Origin: Sphaerodactylus townsendi
Lineage: Eukaryota
Direction: 5' to 3'
NCBI RefSeq assembly: GCF_021028975.2
Contig: NC_059429.1
Location: 138,508,001-138,572,000 of the forward strand
DNA length: 64,000 nucleotides
Shown: piece by piece, positions 1-18,401 of the stretch
Layout: each line of letters begins with the position of its first letter
How positions within the stretch are numbered: position 1 is the stretch's first letter
Translations under genes and position numbers: made by a program
Notes under the pieces: generated by a model
The model's input: only the letters and a program-made list of their open reading frames with translations
What the model was told of the DNA's origin: nothing
Databases searched by the model: none

Positions 1-368
1 GCTGTAGTCCACAACATCTGGAGGCCCGCGAGTTTGACACCTGTGCCATAAAGTCTTGCCCACCTCCCCTGCCTCCCCCAGGAGACCCCCCCCCCCATCA
101 CACCACTTCCCTTCCCCCCTCCCTGGACAGATGGGGCTGTCAGGTTGGGACTCCTTTGGAGAAGGAGGAACGGAGTCTGGGGAGGGCAGCGGTCTCGGGG
201 GCTGGGGGGGGGGGTCCAAGGATGCAGAGCCCACCCTCCAAAGCGGCCCTTTACCCCAAGGAGGGAGATGGGCTGCGACCCCGGGGATTGCCCGGGCCCC
301 GCCTGCCGGCTGCCACCCCACCTCCGGCGGGGGGGAGGGGGGGTGCTTTGCGGGGGAGGGGCGCCCAC

Positions 369-735
369 CTGCCCGGACGAAGTAGCAGTGGAGCGAGTGG
401 ACCTGCAGCTCCTCGCCCACCGCCTTGGCGGCCGCCACCAGCGCCTGGCCCACGATCTGCCCGCCGAAGAGCCGCCGCGACACCGGCACCCAGTAGTGCC
501 TCCCCCTAAGCCGGGCACAGAGACAGAGAGAGGCGTGAGGCGGCAGCGCCACAGGCCGGGACTCAACCGGTGCGGCCTCCACCCCCCGCTGGCCCCGGGG
601 GCCCACTGACCGGAAGAGGTCCAGGTCCAGCGGCTCCAGGTTCAGCACGCTGGTCACCAGGACGCTGCGCAGGTCCCCCCCGCCCGGGGCAGCCGCCTCG
701 CCGGCCGCTCCGGAGCCTTCGCTGCGGGCCGCCAT
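369..735 (-). CDS. ACOT8: Acyl-CoA thioesterase 8, 5' part (coding exons 735-611 and 505-369; gene continues beyond the left edge)
   Basis: Spliced translation MAARSEG...GDLRSVLVTSVLNLEPLDLDLFR|GRHYWVPVSRRLFGGQIVGQALVAAAKAVGEELQVHSLHCYFVRA matches the ACOT8 N-terminus (DLFRG, FGGQIVGQAL, HSLHCYF); GT/AG sites are in phase. Confidence 0.95.
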
Positions 736-7391
<6,656 letters not shown>

Positions 7392-9324
7392 AGCAATAAA
7401 CAGACTCTCTATTGTTGATCAACAGTGTTTATTGATAGGCATTGAGGCACCCAGTGCTAACCCCTGTATTCCGATGTTTGTCTACCCACCCCCATTTTCC
7501 CAAGAAATGTGAGAAAGAGTTAGTTTGGAGCTGAGGCGCCTGAAGGTCGATGACAGGTAGAGGTAGAGAGCCACTTGGCATCCTGCCCCCACAAGACAAC
7601 AGAAACAATCCTGGTTCTCATGAGACCAAAAGTGTTAGGGGGAAGCCTAGTTATCTACTCAAGTGTGTGAAGCCATAAAGTAAAGATCGAGGAAAGAATG
7701 CCCCAGAATGACCGTAGTCACATACAGCAGGCTGGTTACATATATCTTGTAGTAATTACATTGAATTAGGAATGCATCTCAATCACCTAAATCAGGGGTG
7801 TCCAACTCTGGCGCTTCAGATGTTCACGTGAAGCACTAAAGTTGGACCCCTCTGACCTAGACACGAACCTCCCTTCCCTCTGAGTGAAGAAGGAAGAGAT
7901 GGGGGGCGGAGGTTGCTGAAGCAACTCCTGGCACAATTGCAGAAGAGAGACCTCTCTGCTGCCTCCACAAGTTGTCTGGCTCAATCTGCAGCTGCAGCAG
8001 AGATGAGGGCTGTGGGCACACTTCACAGCCACCGCGGTTCTTCCTCAAAAAAGAAACTCAGGGTAACAGTGAGCTTCTCTGCAATATAACAAGGCCCCCC
8101 CAGTGAGGGAAATGCCTGGGCAGTGAGAGTTCATTTCTGCACCTTAAGCAGCACAGGCTCACAACAGCTGACTTTCTGTCTCACTCCCCCCCCCCCAGGT
8201 CTCGAGGCAGGCCAGTAATGGGGCAGAGCCCAGCAGCTTCCAGATGTGCAGCATACAGCTGCAGGCATGACAATCGGGACAGCTTTGCTGCGTATGGAAG
8301 GCTTTCTCCGCAGGCTGGCCTGTTCAGGGATTTCGGTGTGTTTCTTACAGAATGTGTCTGTCCTTCATACAAACACGTCCCGGCTGCTCTCCCATTACCA
8401 AGAGCTCCACAGCGTTTGTGTCGTGTGGATCTCTGGGCCCAGCCATGCCGCCTTGTTCCACTTGCTCTTCTGCCGTGACTGGGACGAGGGTGGCAGGACT
8501 GTGGGCTTTCCTCCTTGTTTCTGAAGCCTCCGCTACCAGGGGCAAACTTTGCTGCTATGTCTGTAGACCAAAATAATTGTTGGAAATACAATTGTGCTTC
8601 TTTGGTGCTGAGATTGTCCTCTGTTTTGTCTTCTGAGCCACTCTGGCTTTGCCAAGGAAGGTTCAGTGTTCCCTGCGGCCCCCCAAAGTAAGCGGGTGGC
8701 ACCTCGCAGCAGTGTCGAAATTTCCCCCTCCCCGCACACACTTTTCACGTGTCAATTGGCACGCAGCACCAAGGGAACACTCAGTTATCCTCTCAAGGGC
8801 AGAACTAGCCCCTAACACTCAAGTCAGAGGGTCCGTCTTTGCTAGAAAACGGTTCTGGAAGGGGGTGGGTTTGGTTCTTTGCTCATTACAGCACCTCTGC
8901 CTCGGAACGCACGCCTCGTCCTCGACGCTGCGTCTTGGACAAGAGTCATGGGGCAGGTTGGGGTGAAGACCATGATGGGTGGGGGGGGGGAGGACAAGCG
9001 GCCCCTCCTGATCTGTTCTTCACTTCCCCCTTGCTTTGTTGATGCTGCCTCGTCCTCATGACGAGATGCTCGGGATTCGTGATACAAAGCGTGCCGTGCA
9101 ACGTGGTGGTGTCTGCTTGTTTGTATTGCGTTAATAGGTGACTGTTTGGCAAGAATTCTTCCTCCCTGCTGTGTGCTATAAAGCCAGGCTGGATCCCCAG
9201 TCGGTGAGCACAGGTGTGTTCAGGTGGAGGAATGAGCTTGGTCTCGGTAGTCCGGAGTGCTTGAAGGCTTTTGGAGGCAGCTGGAAAAGCGGAGAAAGCA
9301 TGCCTGGCCACTGGCTACATTCTC

Positions 9325-9955
9325 AGAAGAAGAAGAAGAGTTTGGATTTATATCCCCCCTTTCTCTCCTGTAAGGAGACTCACAGGAGTCTCCTTTCCCT
9401 TCTCCACCTACCCCCTCCCACAACAAACACCCTTTGGGTGGGGCTGAGAGAGCTCTGAAGAACTGACTAGCCCAGCCATTCTCAACCAGGGTTCCGTGGT
9501 ACCCTGGGGTGCCGTGAGCATGTCCCAGGGGTACCGCAGCAACACTACCGCCCCCCTCATTTTTGTGGTGTCTCCCACCGACGCCAGCAAGGACATGGAG
9601 CTGGCCCATGGGGCAGGGCCTGCTGCAAAGTCAGCAGCCGCCACCCCCCCCCCCCCGTGCTTCACCCTGGGAGGGGAAGGTGGGGGGTGTGGCAAGCAGG
9701 GGCAATGGAGGGGGAAGGTGGGGGTGGCGGCAGGGGTACCGTGAGATATGAAGAGTGAGGTCAAGGGTACCCTGACCTCAAAAAGTTGGGAAACACTGAA
9801 CTAGCCCAAGGTCATCCGGCTGGCATGTGTTGGAGTGCACAAGCTAATCTGGTTCACCAGATAAGCCTCCACAGCTCCAGTGGCAGAATGGGGAATCAAG
9901 CCCTGTTCTCCAGATTACAGTGCACGTTCTCTTAACCACTGCCCCACGCTGGCTC
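9325..9955 (-). mobile_element. Squam3-like SINE interrupted by a hAT element (9473-9798)
   Basis: SINE halves rejoin across the insert; TSD gactagcc/aactagcc; CAG...CTG termini. Confidence 0.75.
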
Positions 9956-11057
9956 TTGGCAAGAAAGTCACTATTCAGTTTGTGGGCTGCTTAGAGCCTC
10001 CAAAGGAAAGCTTGTTCCAGCATCTGGCGGGGGTGGCTGCATTTTGGGGAGGCGCTGCAGAGCTTTGAGCTGTTAGATGTAGCAGGCTCCTTGGCCAGGG
10101 CTCCGGAGGCCCTCTCCAGAAGTGTGCACAAAGTTTGATTCCTGAGCTAATAAGTTCCGCTTTTTGCAGCAAAGCAGACTGGATGGGTTGCTTTGAGAGC
10201 TGTTTGAGATCAAAGGGTTGTGTTTTGGGTGCTGTGTGGTTTCCGGGTTAGGGTTGTGTTTTGTTTTTTTCCCAAACGGAGACGCTGGAAGCGCTGATGC
10301 TGTGAGGCTGCAGGGAAGGCTGAGGAGATGTCTGGAAAGCGCTCTTCTCACAGCTTTTTCCCGGCACCTCTTGGCTTCTCAGCCTTCAGCAACTGTTTGT
10401 GCATTTCCAGACTTCCTTGCTCCAACAAGGTAGTGCCAGATGGGCAGCTGAACCCTGTATTGGTTGTGAGAAGAAGAAGAGAAGAAGAAGAGTTTGGATT
10501 TATATCCGTCCTTTCTCTCCTGCAGGAGACTCAAAGGGGCTGACAATCTCCTTGCCCTTCCCCCCCTCACAACAAACACCCTGTGAGGTGGGTGGGGCTG
10601 AGAGAGCTCTGAAAAGCTGTGGCTAGCCCAAGGTCACCCTTGGGCTAGAAAAAAAATGTGGACTGCCCAGGAGTTCTCTTTGCTCCCCAAATGTGTTTGA
10701 CAAAAGCCTTTGCTTTCCTGACAGATGTTTCAGGGCAGGAATGCTCATCCCAAGTCACCCTCCAGAGGGGTGAGCTAAGTTTTCCAGCAAAACTGAATGG
10801 GAAAATAGCATCATCTGATGCAACCTTTTTTTTAAAAAAAAATTAAAAGGTACCTTGTGTTAATTACATCCCACTAGCAATAAATACTTGATTGGATGAT
10901 TATTATTTACTGTTTTCCCCGTTCTTAAATGTTATTTAAACTAGTCATGTCTTCTGTTCTCTTACTCAGTAGTAGTTTTAAACGTTACATTCCAAAATGT
11001 GTGGAATTCATTTTTATTGAAACGATAGATGTAAAACTTAGAAGCAATAGCATGTGT

Positions 11058-11570
11058 GTATTGTCGAAGGCTTTCACGGCCGGAATCACTGGGGCGCTGT
11101 GTGGTTTCCGGGCTGTCTGGCCGTGTTCTAGCAGCATTCTCTCCTGATGTTTCGCCTGCATCTGTGGCTGGCATCTTCAGAGGATCTGATGGTAGGAATG
11201 GAAAGCAAGTGGAGTATATATACTGTGAGGTCAAAAGGTGAGGCCATCTGAATAGAGTAGCCTGGCATGTGAGTCACAGAGAAGTCTGTAGCATAGTAAC
11301 AAAGACCAGGATACTTCTATTCAGATCCATTCACCTATTGACCTTGCTATCTTCATTGTTATTCCCAGGCTACAGACTTCTTTGTGACTCACATACCAGG
11401 CTACTCTATTCCGAGGGCCTCACCTTTTGACCTCACAGTATATATACTCCACTTGCTTTCCATTCCTACCATCAGATCCTCTGAAGATGCCAGCCACAGA
11501 TGCAGGCGAAACGTCAGGAGAGGATGCTGCTAGAACACGGCCAGACAGCCCGGAAACCACACAGCACCCC
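11058..11570. mobile_element. Fold-back Penelope-like (PLE) insertion with hammerhead motifs
   Basis: Inverted arms ~11089-11292 and ~11368-11571; degenerate TSD caatagcatgtgt/caatggcgtgtgt. Confidence 0.8.
11477..11519 (+). ncRNA. Minimal type-I hammerhead ribozyme motif (PLE-type)
   Basis: TCCT-CTGAAGA-T-GCC(loop)GGC-GAAAC-GTC-AGGA: CUGANGA and GAAA cores, stem I TCCT/AGGA, palindromic ACGT stem III; predicted cleavage after GUC at 11515. Confidence 0.7.
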
Positions 11571-11896
11571 AATGGCGTGTGTACTACTTCCCTCGCATCA
11601 TGTCAATTTCAGAGAGAAAGGGCACGGAAAACTGATACATATTACTGCCAAAACAGGGCACGTGTGGTTCTTGGGTATGGCTGGCCAAGGATGTACTTTA
11701 AGAGCTGAACCGTCTCATTTCAGAGTCACTCCATAGCTTCGCTGACTTGTGGGTTCCATATCAGCCTGGCGATTAATCTTCAGTTATACGAGAGGAGATG
11801 AAAATAAGGATTTCAGCTTTGGATCTGAGGTGGTTGTGCTGCAGGTGAGTTAGGTGAATTCGTAACTTTTTTTTAAAAAAAGAGATTGTTCTATAC

Positions 11897-12329
11897 CAGG
11901 GGTAGGGAACCTGCGGCTCGAGAGCCGCATGCGGCTCTTCTGCCCTTGCACTGCGGCTCCACAAGCCGAACCGCTGGCCCCATCCTTGCCCACCCTGCAG
12001 GCAGCAGGGCGGGCGCACCAACTGCCCGCGGCCAGTTGGGCCGCACTGCGGGCTTCCCCTCTCGCCCGCCCCGTTGGAGCGGGGCAGGCGCTTTCCCGGT
12101 GGCCGGCGAGGCCGAGCCGCTGGCCCCATCCTTGCCCGCCCTGCAAGCAGCAGGGCAGACGCATCCATGCGCTTCTCAGAATGAGGGGAGTAAAAGGTTA
12201 AAAAACCCAATATATACAGTGTTATCTGTATTTTAATTGTCAAACATTATTTGCGGCTCCAAGTGATTTCTTTTCCCGTGGAAAACGGGTCCAAATGGCT
12301 CTTTGAGTGTTAAAGGTTCCCTACCCCTG
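11897..12329. mobile_element. Non-autonomous hAT (Charlie-type) DNA transposon
   Basis: 16-bp TIR CAGGGGTAGGGAACCT; 8-bp TSD ttctatac/ctctatac. Confidence 0.85.
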
Positions 12330-12738
12330 CTCTATACGTTTGTGGTGGTTTATTCCCCCCACCTCCCCCTACCCACAATCCAACAAAACATCTACTTGCA
12401 GTCCCTCACACAACTCCTGGAGACAGTCACCTGGAAAACATTAGTTGCCACGCTAGAACTCCCAAGCTTGGCTCAGCGGATGGGCAGTAGATTCAGGACA
12501 GGCAAGAGGAAATATCTGTTTACGCAGCTCCCTCTGGAATTCGCTGCCGGAAGATGCAGGGATGACACAGGAATAAGACGGCTGCAGGGATGAGACAGAT
12601 TCGTGGCGCTTCGACCCGTCAGTGGCTACTAGCCATGGTGACGCAGGGGAACTTCCACATCCAGATGCCGTCTACCTCTGAATTCCAGCGCCTGGGGACA
12701 ACATCGGGCTTGTCCTTGGCCTTTCAAAGGACCTAGTC

Positions 12739-12884
12739 CCGTGGTGGCGAACCTTTGGCACTCCAGATGTTATGGACTACAATTCCCATCAGCCCCTGCC
12801 AGCATGGCCAATTGGCCATGCTGGCAGGGGCTGATGGGAATTGTAGTCCATAACATCTGGAGTGCCAAAGGTTTGCCACCACGG
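12739..12884. mobile_element. Palindromic hAT MITE (ACTACAATTCCCA-core family)
   Basis: Same palindrome as 2954-3099. Confidence 0.8.
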
Positions 12885-13228
12885 CCCTAGGAGGACAAGA
12901 GAGTTTCTTCCTGTGTGCCGGGGGCACTCGCGAGAAACAGGCTTATTCTTGTGTATGGATCTGGCCTCCAGCGGGCAGGCCTCCTCTCTGAACGGGGCTG
13001 AAATATCGTTCCAGGGACCCTGTTGGGTTGTGCAGCCACGAGGCCTCCTCTCCTCCCTTCCGCCACAGGCCTGACTTGAGGGATCCCTCTGCTTGGTATG
13101 TCTCTAAGTCTGTTAGAGTGCTTCCCTGCTGCCCCCCCCCCACCACGGAACTAGTTGGCTCCTATGAGGGCCAGGAGGCAGGACTAGATGGACTACTGGT
13201 CTGGTCCAGCAGGGTCTTCGGATGCTCA

Positions 13229-13873
13229 ATGTACTGTCGAAGGCGTTCACGGCCGGAATCACTAGGGTAGAAATTCAGACCAATAGACCGTGCCCTGGCA
13301 GAGCCTGATGGCATCAATGGCATGGCCGCTGCCCTCCAAGATCAGACCCCGGTCCATGACATCAAGCAATCGCCTTGCGAAGAGCTTTTGCTTTTCATTG
13401 GTTCTCTGTTCTGGCCCTGGAGACTTGACTTGTTCCAAACTAATAGGACCAAAGAGTTATTCTTGATCAGGCATAGGGCCAAGTTCTCCATAGAAAAGTC
13501 TGCAGCCCTGGGGGTCGCTCACAGTCATCATCTGCCCAAACTCTTTGCCTCGGTGCTCCAATTTGATTTCTAGGCCTGTCCTTCGAAGAAAGCTAATCCA
13601 GAGCTCAGGAGAGCTCAATATGTCATGCTGAAATGCTGGTGGTAGCATCTCCATATCCAGAGGCTCAGCCTTAGGCCAAACAGCTTCAGGACTACAGGCG
13701 TCCGCACTGGCCGGTGCCATTAGGGAATCATTAACATTAAGAAAAGGAACGGTGTCCTGTATGGGTACGTGCTGAGATTGGTTGTGTGGCCGTGTTCCAG
13801 TAGCATTCTCTCCTGACATTTCACCTGCATCTGTGGCTGACGTCTTGAAGATACAACCTGGACAATCCACAAC
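13229..13873 (-). mobile_element. PLE fold-back insertion enclosing an IRF6 cDNA fragment
   Basis: PLE terminus at 13229-13268, then the insert, then the PLE continuation with a decayed hammerhead at 13782-13850 and a short inverted arm at ~13851-13873. Confidence 0.75.
13276..13781 (-). pseudogene. IRF6: Processed (intronless) IRF6 pseudogene fragment
   Basis: Translation [25 protein letters not shown]...SPEAVWPK...SSPELWIS...[28 protein letters not shown]...[12 protein letters not shown]...[12 protein letters not shown] matches the IRF6 linker and IAD/SMIR domain. In-frame stop at 13457-13459; no introns. Confidence 0.92.
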
Positions 13874-14599
13874 ATGCTTCTAATGTTCTTTGCTACTGCG
13901 TTGGTAATAGTATCCATCACTCGCTGATAGTTTTATGGCACAATAAATCTTCAGAAATTGACATTTTCCTGCAGAAAAATAAGCACGGTAAAGTTTTAAG
14001 TGGGGGGAAATGTTCTGCCTCACATCTCTGGTCCCAAGTTCTGAAAGGATATGCTGGAGTCCCCTTGGCCAGGGTCTCCTGCGAGATGGAGAAAGAGAGC
14101 CACTAGCATGGCCTAGCCCCCTTGGAAGAGTGGAAGAAATGAGAATTGTTGCCTGAAGAAGGCAACAATTGGATTTATACCCCCCTCTCTTGTCAGAAAA
14201 CTCACAGGGGCTTACGATCTACTTCCCCTCCCACCCCCACAGCAAACACCCAGTGAGGTGGGTGGGGCTGAGAGCTCTGAAGAACTGTGACTGGCCCAAG
14301 GTCACCCAGCTGACGGGTGTTGGAGTGCACAAGCTAACCCAAGTTCCCCAGATAAGCCTCCACAGATCAAGTGGCAGAGCGGGGAATCAAAACTGGTTCT
14401 CCATCTCTGGAACCAGCAGAGAGGAGTAGCAGTGGAGAAGAGAACTGGGCCAGAAAGAGCAGAGTGAGCTCTGGTGTCCATTTGGGAGGGCTTTTCTCAA
14501 AGCCACATCTTTTAAAACAGTGTATTTTAGCAGGGGTTATCTCTTTCTCCTTCTAAGGCTGCTGAGAGGTGGGGCTTAACAGGGGTTAACAAAGGTTCC

Positions 14600-15350
14600 T
14601 CTTTGTCCTTTAATTATGAGCGCCCCACTCTTCATCGCCAACCTGCCGGGGAGAGAGTTGAGGGTTGGTCGAAGTCCATTTCGAGGCTGGCACTCAAGAG
14701 GGGGGGGGGGCTCCGCTCAGCAGCCCCCACCCCCGGCGCCTCTTCCAGCCCTGCAGCAGCCCAGGCTGCCTCTTCGCCCACCCGGGGCTCCCTTGGGCGG
14801 GAGGCTCGCGCTCAGCCCGGCACGTGGCGGCAGGAGGCCCGCGCAGGCGCACTCGCCAGGCTGGGGGAAATCCGCGCGTTACGCACACAAGCCCCAGCAC
14901 AAACGTCACCACGGCGACCGAACTCTTCCCCGCCCTCCTACCCGCCACGCTGAGATCCCTACGCTCTAATTGGTCGGCCCGCGCAGCCGTCCCTTTGGTG
15001 ATTGGCGGACGCCCCGGTCCCTTTCCTGTGATTGGCGGCTCCTCCTGCAGTCCCTGTCGTGGTGGCCGCGGCCGGCAGGAACCAAAATGGCGGCGCCCGT
15101 GGCGGGTGAGGAGTGCGGGAGGTCTACCTCGCAGGACTGTTGGGGGCGCAACTTGCCTCGCACGTGGGAAGGGGCTGCATGCGGGCCGGGGGGACGCGCC
15201 TCTTCTCCCCGGAAGCCCCCAGCAAGCCGGGGCCAGCCGTCTCTTGCCTACACTGCAGGGCGGGCCAGCCTCCTCGGGTGGGGCGGGGGGCGTCGCACTC
15301 GTTTGCTGCCGGGGCCGAATGTGGCATGAGTGTGGTTTGGTCTGGCTGGG
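14600..15350. promoter_or_regulatory. CpG island, putative ZSWIM1 promoter and first exon (donor GTGAG at 15106)
   Basis: High CpG density; three regularly spaced inverted CCAAT boxes (~14969, 15001, 15031); YY1-type AAAATGGCGGC at 15084-15094. Confidence 0.7.
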
Positions 15351-15776
15351 CCGCTGGGCCGGGGGGGTGGGGGGCTGCCTTGGCTGCTGCGCCCTCAGCC
15401 CAGATTGGCAGGGGGGGGGGCTCAGATCTTAGCCGATGGGGGCGGGGCTTGCCCCAGCTGTTTGACACCCCTGCTGTGGAAGCATATAGGGCACCACGTC
15501 TGCCCACCTGCAGGATGGGAACTGGGGGCGGGGGCACACGGAAGAGTGGCCCCAAACGATCCCGGGGGCCTTTCCCAAGAGGGAAGCAGTCTGGGGGCTT
15601 TCAGGCTAGGATGCAGGCAGCTGAGCGGCAAGGACCAGGAGGAGGGGGGTGAAATGATGCCTGGCTGGGGAGAGTAGGAGAGAGAGGAAGACGCACCTGC
15701 AGTGCCAGGCCTCAGGGGCACCCGATGCCAGGCAAGCAGTGTGTGAGATCTGATCTGACCCCACAAGACCTTATTG

Positions 15777-16316
15777 TTGTGGGCTTTCCGGGCTGTGCGG
15801 CCGTGGTCTTGTTTGTTTGTTTGTTTGTTTGTTATCATATTTATATACCGCCCCATCCCCTGAGGGCTCTGGGCGGTGGACAACAGATTAATATCACATA
15901 AGCAATAAATAATTAATATAAATAACATCATTAAAACATAAAATTACAGCGTTCTACAAAAGCCACTTGGCGTCCAGTATTAAAACTATCAATAAAACCC
16001 TCCCAAAGAGGGGGACAGTAGATCTAGATGTCACAGCTCCCAGGGTGTTAAAAGGGAGAGGCAAAGAGGGCGCTCACCATCAATGGCTGGCCTCCCCAAA
16101 AGCCCGGTGGAACAGCTTGTTCCTCATGTTTCACCTGCATCTGCCATCTTCAGAGGGGCATCCGGAAGTTGCACTGTGTAACGCACTCCTCTTGGTGATA
16201 ACACCTCTGAAGATGCCGGCCACAGATGCAGGCGAAACGTTAGGAACAAGACCACGGCCACGCAGCCCGGAAAACCCACCACAACCAGTTGAGTCCAGCC
16301 GGGAAAGCCTTCAACA
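15777..16316. mobile_element. PLE fold-back insertion (hammerhead motif at 16204-16244), interrupted by an L2-like 3' fragment (~15813-16115)
   Basis: TSD ccacaagaccttattg/ccacaagatcttgttg; the inner insert has a (TTTG)n tail and a cttgtt duplication. Confidence 0.7.
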
Positions 16317-16874
16317 CCACAAGATCTTGTTGCGTTCTTATGTGCTGCCAGATCACAAGTGACTGGTGGTTGCCCCAGCAAGAGGCTTTCAAGGCCAGGG
16401 ATGGAGGAGAGGAGCGTTGCCCTTTCGTTCCTCCACAGAGCCTTCCTTGCCAGTCTCCCACCCAGAGGACCAATCCTCCTTACCTTCTGCAGTTGGACGA
16501 GATCCAGCTATATCCGGCCCCCTTCCTTCCTCTTTTCTGCTGAATTGTCTTTACAGCAGACACACGCACATCTGCTACAAATGGTCACAGTTTCTCCAAA
16601 CTGTGCTTCGGTGGGCAAGCGCGATAGCATTTTGCACACATAATGAGGTCTGTTTCCACCTGACTGTTGTGGGAGGGAAGGGTCCCTCTTTTTCACACTA
16701 GCATGGACACAGTGACCAAGTCGTTCTTCTGCCCCTCTAGGCCCCTTGACGTGAAAATACAAGCATCAGCAATGGCATGAGAGCTGCAGCAGAAACCCAA
16801 ACTGTTTCGCCAGCTGGCGGCGCTGGGGAAAGATTTCCGACGCACAAGTCCAAGACCGAGAGCCTCTGTGCGCC

Positions 16875-18401
16875 ATGGCTGAGGACACTGTGAAGGAGCT
16901 GCTAAGCTTGGAGTGTGGCTCGTTGGTAACTTATTTGCTGGACAAAAACTCCCACCTCGATTCCATCAGCTTCCAGACCATGCTGATGAGGCATGTCTTT
17001 GTAAAGCACCCAGAGGTGGTGCTTATTCACAGAACTCACAACCTGTCGGGCAAGGCTCTCTACACGTTCATGGTGGACAAGCCTTTCCTAAAGCTGGAGG
17101 GAGAGATGACCAAAGTGATCCATTTTGCTGTCCCAACCAAGGAATCGGCAAAGGGCCTGGCTTCCATGTACCGCACCTTCAAGGCTTTCAACCCTGAGTG
17201 GAAGCAGATCAAGACATTCCTTGTCGATCCACGCTTCCGGCTGCTGCCAAAGCTTGCGGAAGCCTTCCCCTCAGCGGATGTCCAGCTGTCCGTTTTTCAT
17301 ATCTGCAAACACTTACAGCAGAAGATTTGCCACGTCACCCTGGAGTTCCACACGAAGAGGCTGCTGCTGAGCGTCTTGAGGAACGCGATGTGCGCCCCCA
17401 GCGAAGGCAACCTGAAGAAGATGCACGTCATCTTGAGTGACTTTGTGAAGCCCACTCTGCTGCCCCAGCTTCACCCAAACTGGCTGCTCAACGAGAAGAT
17501 CTGGTCCATGCATCGCTGGCGGACGTGGGAGGAATGCAGCCAGTATTTCAAAGACCTGGAGATGATCACGTGCAATTTAAGCCAAGTCTTCTGTGTGAGG
17601 CTCTCTTTGGAGTCCTGCATCACGGGGGTCTCCACTTACTACCAGAAAAGTTTGGTGAAGAGTTCCTTGGAGGCCTTTCTGTGCCCAACCAACCTGCTCA
17701 GCCAGGACATCTCAAGCCAGCCAAACCAGGCGGCTCTCAGCTCCTCTGCTGCAAACACTCTGAGGCCGCTGCTGCCTCGGGATCCCTCTGCAGCAGCCCC
17801 CCAGAGTTCCCCGGCAGCAGCAGACCAGGAGGCCTCCGCCGAAGAGAGAATGCAGGAGGCTGCCGTCCCTGATGAAGAAGCCACTCAGCGTATCTGCCAG
17901 TCCTTGGCGGTCATTTGCACAGACCCGGCGGCCACGCTCTGCTTGAATGAATTTGCCGTGGTCCAGAGTTCTGTGTGCTTGATGGGGACCAGCGCAGACA
18001 CGATCAGCATTCAGGTCCTGGAAGATGCGCAGACTGTGAGCCACAAGGGTCTCGGCAGCTGCAGCTGCCATTTCAACCAGACTTTCCAGCTTCCCTGCCG
18101 GCACATCGTGGCCGTGCTGAACTCGGAGGGGAAGGCGCTGGAGGCAGAGAAGGTCCCCAGGCAGTGGCGCAAGGGGCACAGGGATGCCCAGCCCGGGCAG
18201 AGAAGCGCCAAGGACCCCTTGGAAGTCCTGAGGAGTTCGTGGGACTCCTCTCTGGATAAATACCTGGCTGTGTCATTCCTCACAGAGGAGATCAGCCGGC
18301 TGCTGAGTCAGTGCAGCAGTGAGGAGTTTGACCGCCGGTACAGCACCCTCCGTGAGCTGGCAGACAGCTGGATTGGGCCTTATGAGCAGGTGAAGCTGTG
18401 A
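16875..18401 (+). CDS. ZSWIM1: Zinc finger SWIM-type containing 1 (single coding exon, 508 aa)
   Basis: WLLNEKIW, SWIM finger CSCHFNQTFQLPCRH and C-terminus RRYSTLRELADSWIGPYEQVKL match ZSWIM1; acceptor ends at 16740; AATAAA at 18824-18829. Confidence 0.95.
   Translation: MAEDTVKELLSLECGSLVTYLLDKNSHLDSISFQTMLMRHVFVKHPEVVLIHRTHNLSGKALYTFMVDKPFLKLEGEMTKVIHFAVPTKESAKGLASMYRTFKAFNPEWKQIKTFLVDPRFRLLPKLAEAFPSADVQLSVFHICKHLQQKICHVTLEFHTKRLLLSVLRNAMCAPSEGNLKKMHVILSDFVKPTLLPQLHPNWLLNEKIWSMHRWRTWEECSQYFKDLEMITCNLSQVFCVRLSLESCITGVSTYYQKSLVKSSLEAFLCPTNLLSQDISSQPNQAALSSSAANTLRPLLPRDPSAAAPQSSPAAADQEASAEERMQEAAVPDEEATQRICQSLAVICTDPAATLCLNEFAVVQSSVCLMGTSADTISIQVLEDAQTVSHKGLGSCSCHFNQTFQLPCRHIVAVLNSEGKALEAEKVPRQWRKGHRDAQPGQRSAKDPLEVLRSSWDSSLDKYLAVSFLTEEISRLLSQCSSEEFDRRYSTLRELADSWIGPYEQVKL

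Noticed and set aside
8181-9320. Unique-looking sequence with several short ORFs downstream of ZSWIM3
   Set aside because: No homology I can recognise and no coherent splice-site chain.
12739-12884. Long hairpins as candidate pre-miRNAs
   Set aside because: Explained by multicopy palindromic MITEs; no evidence of specific processing.
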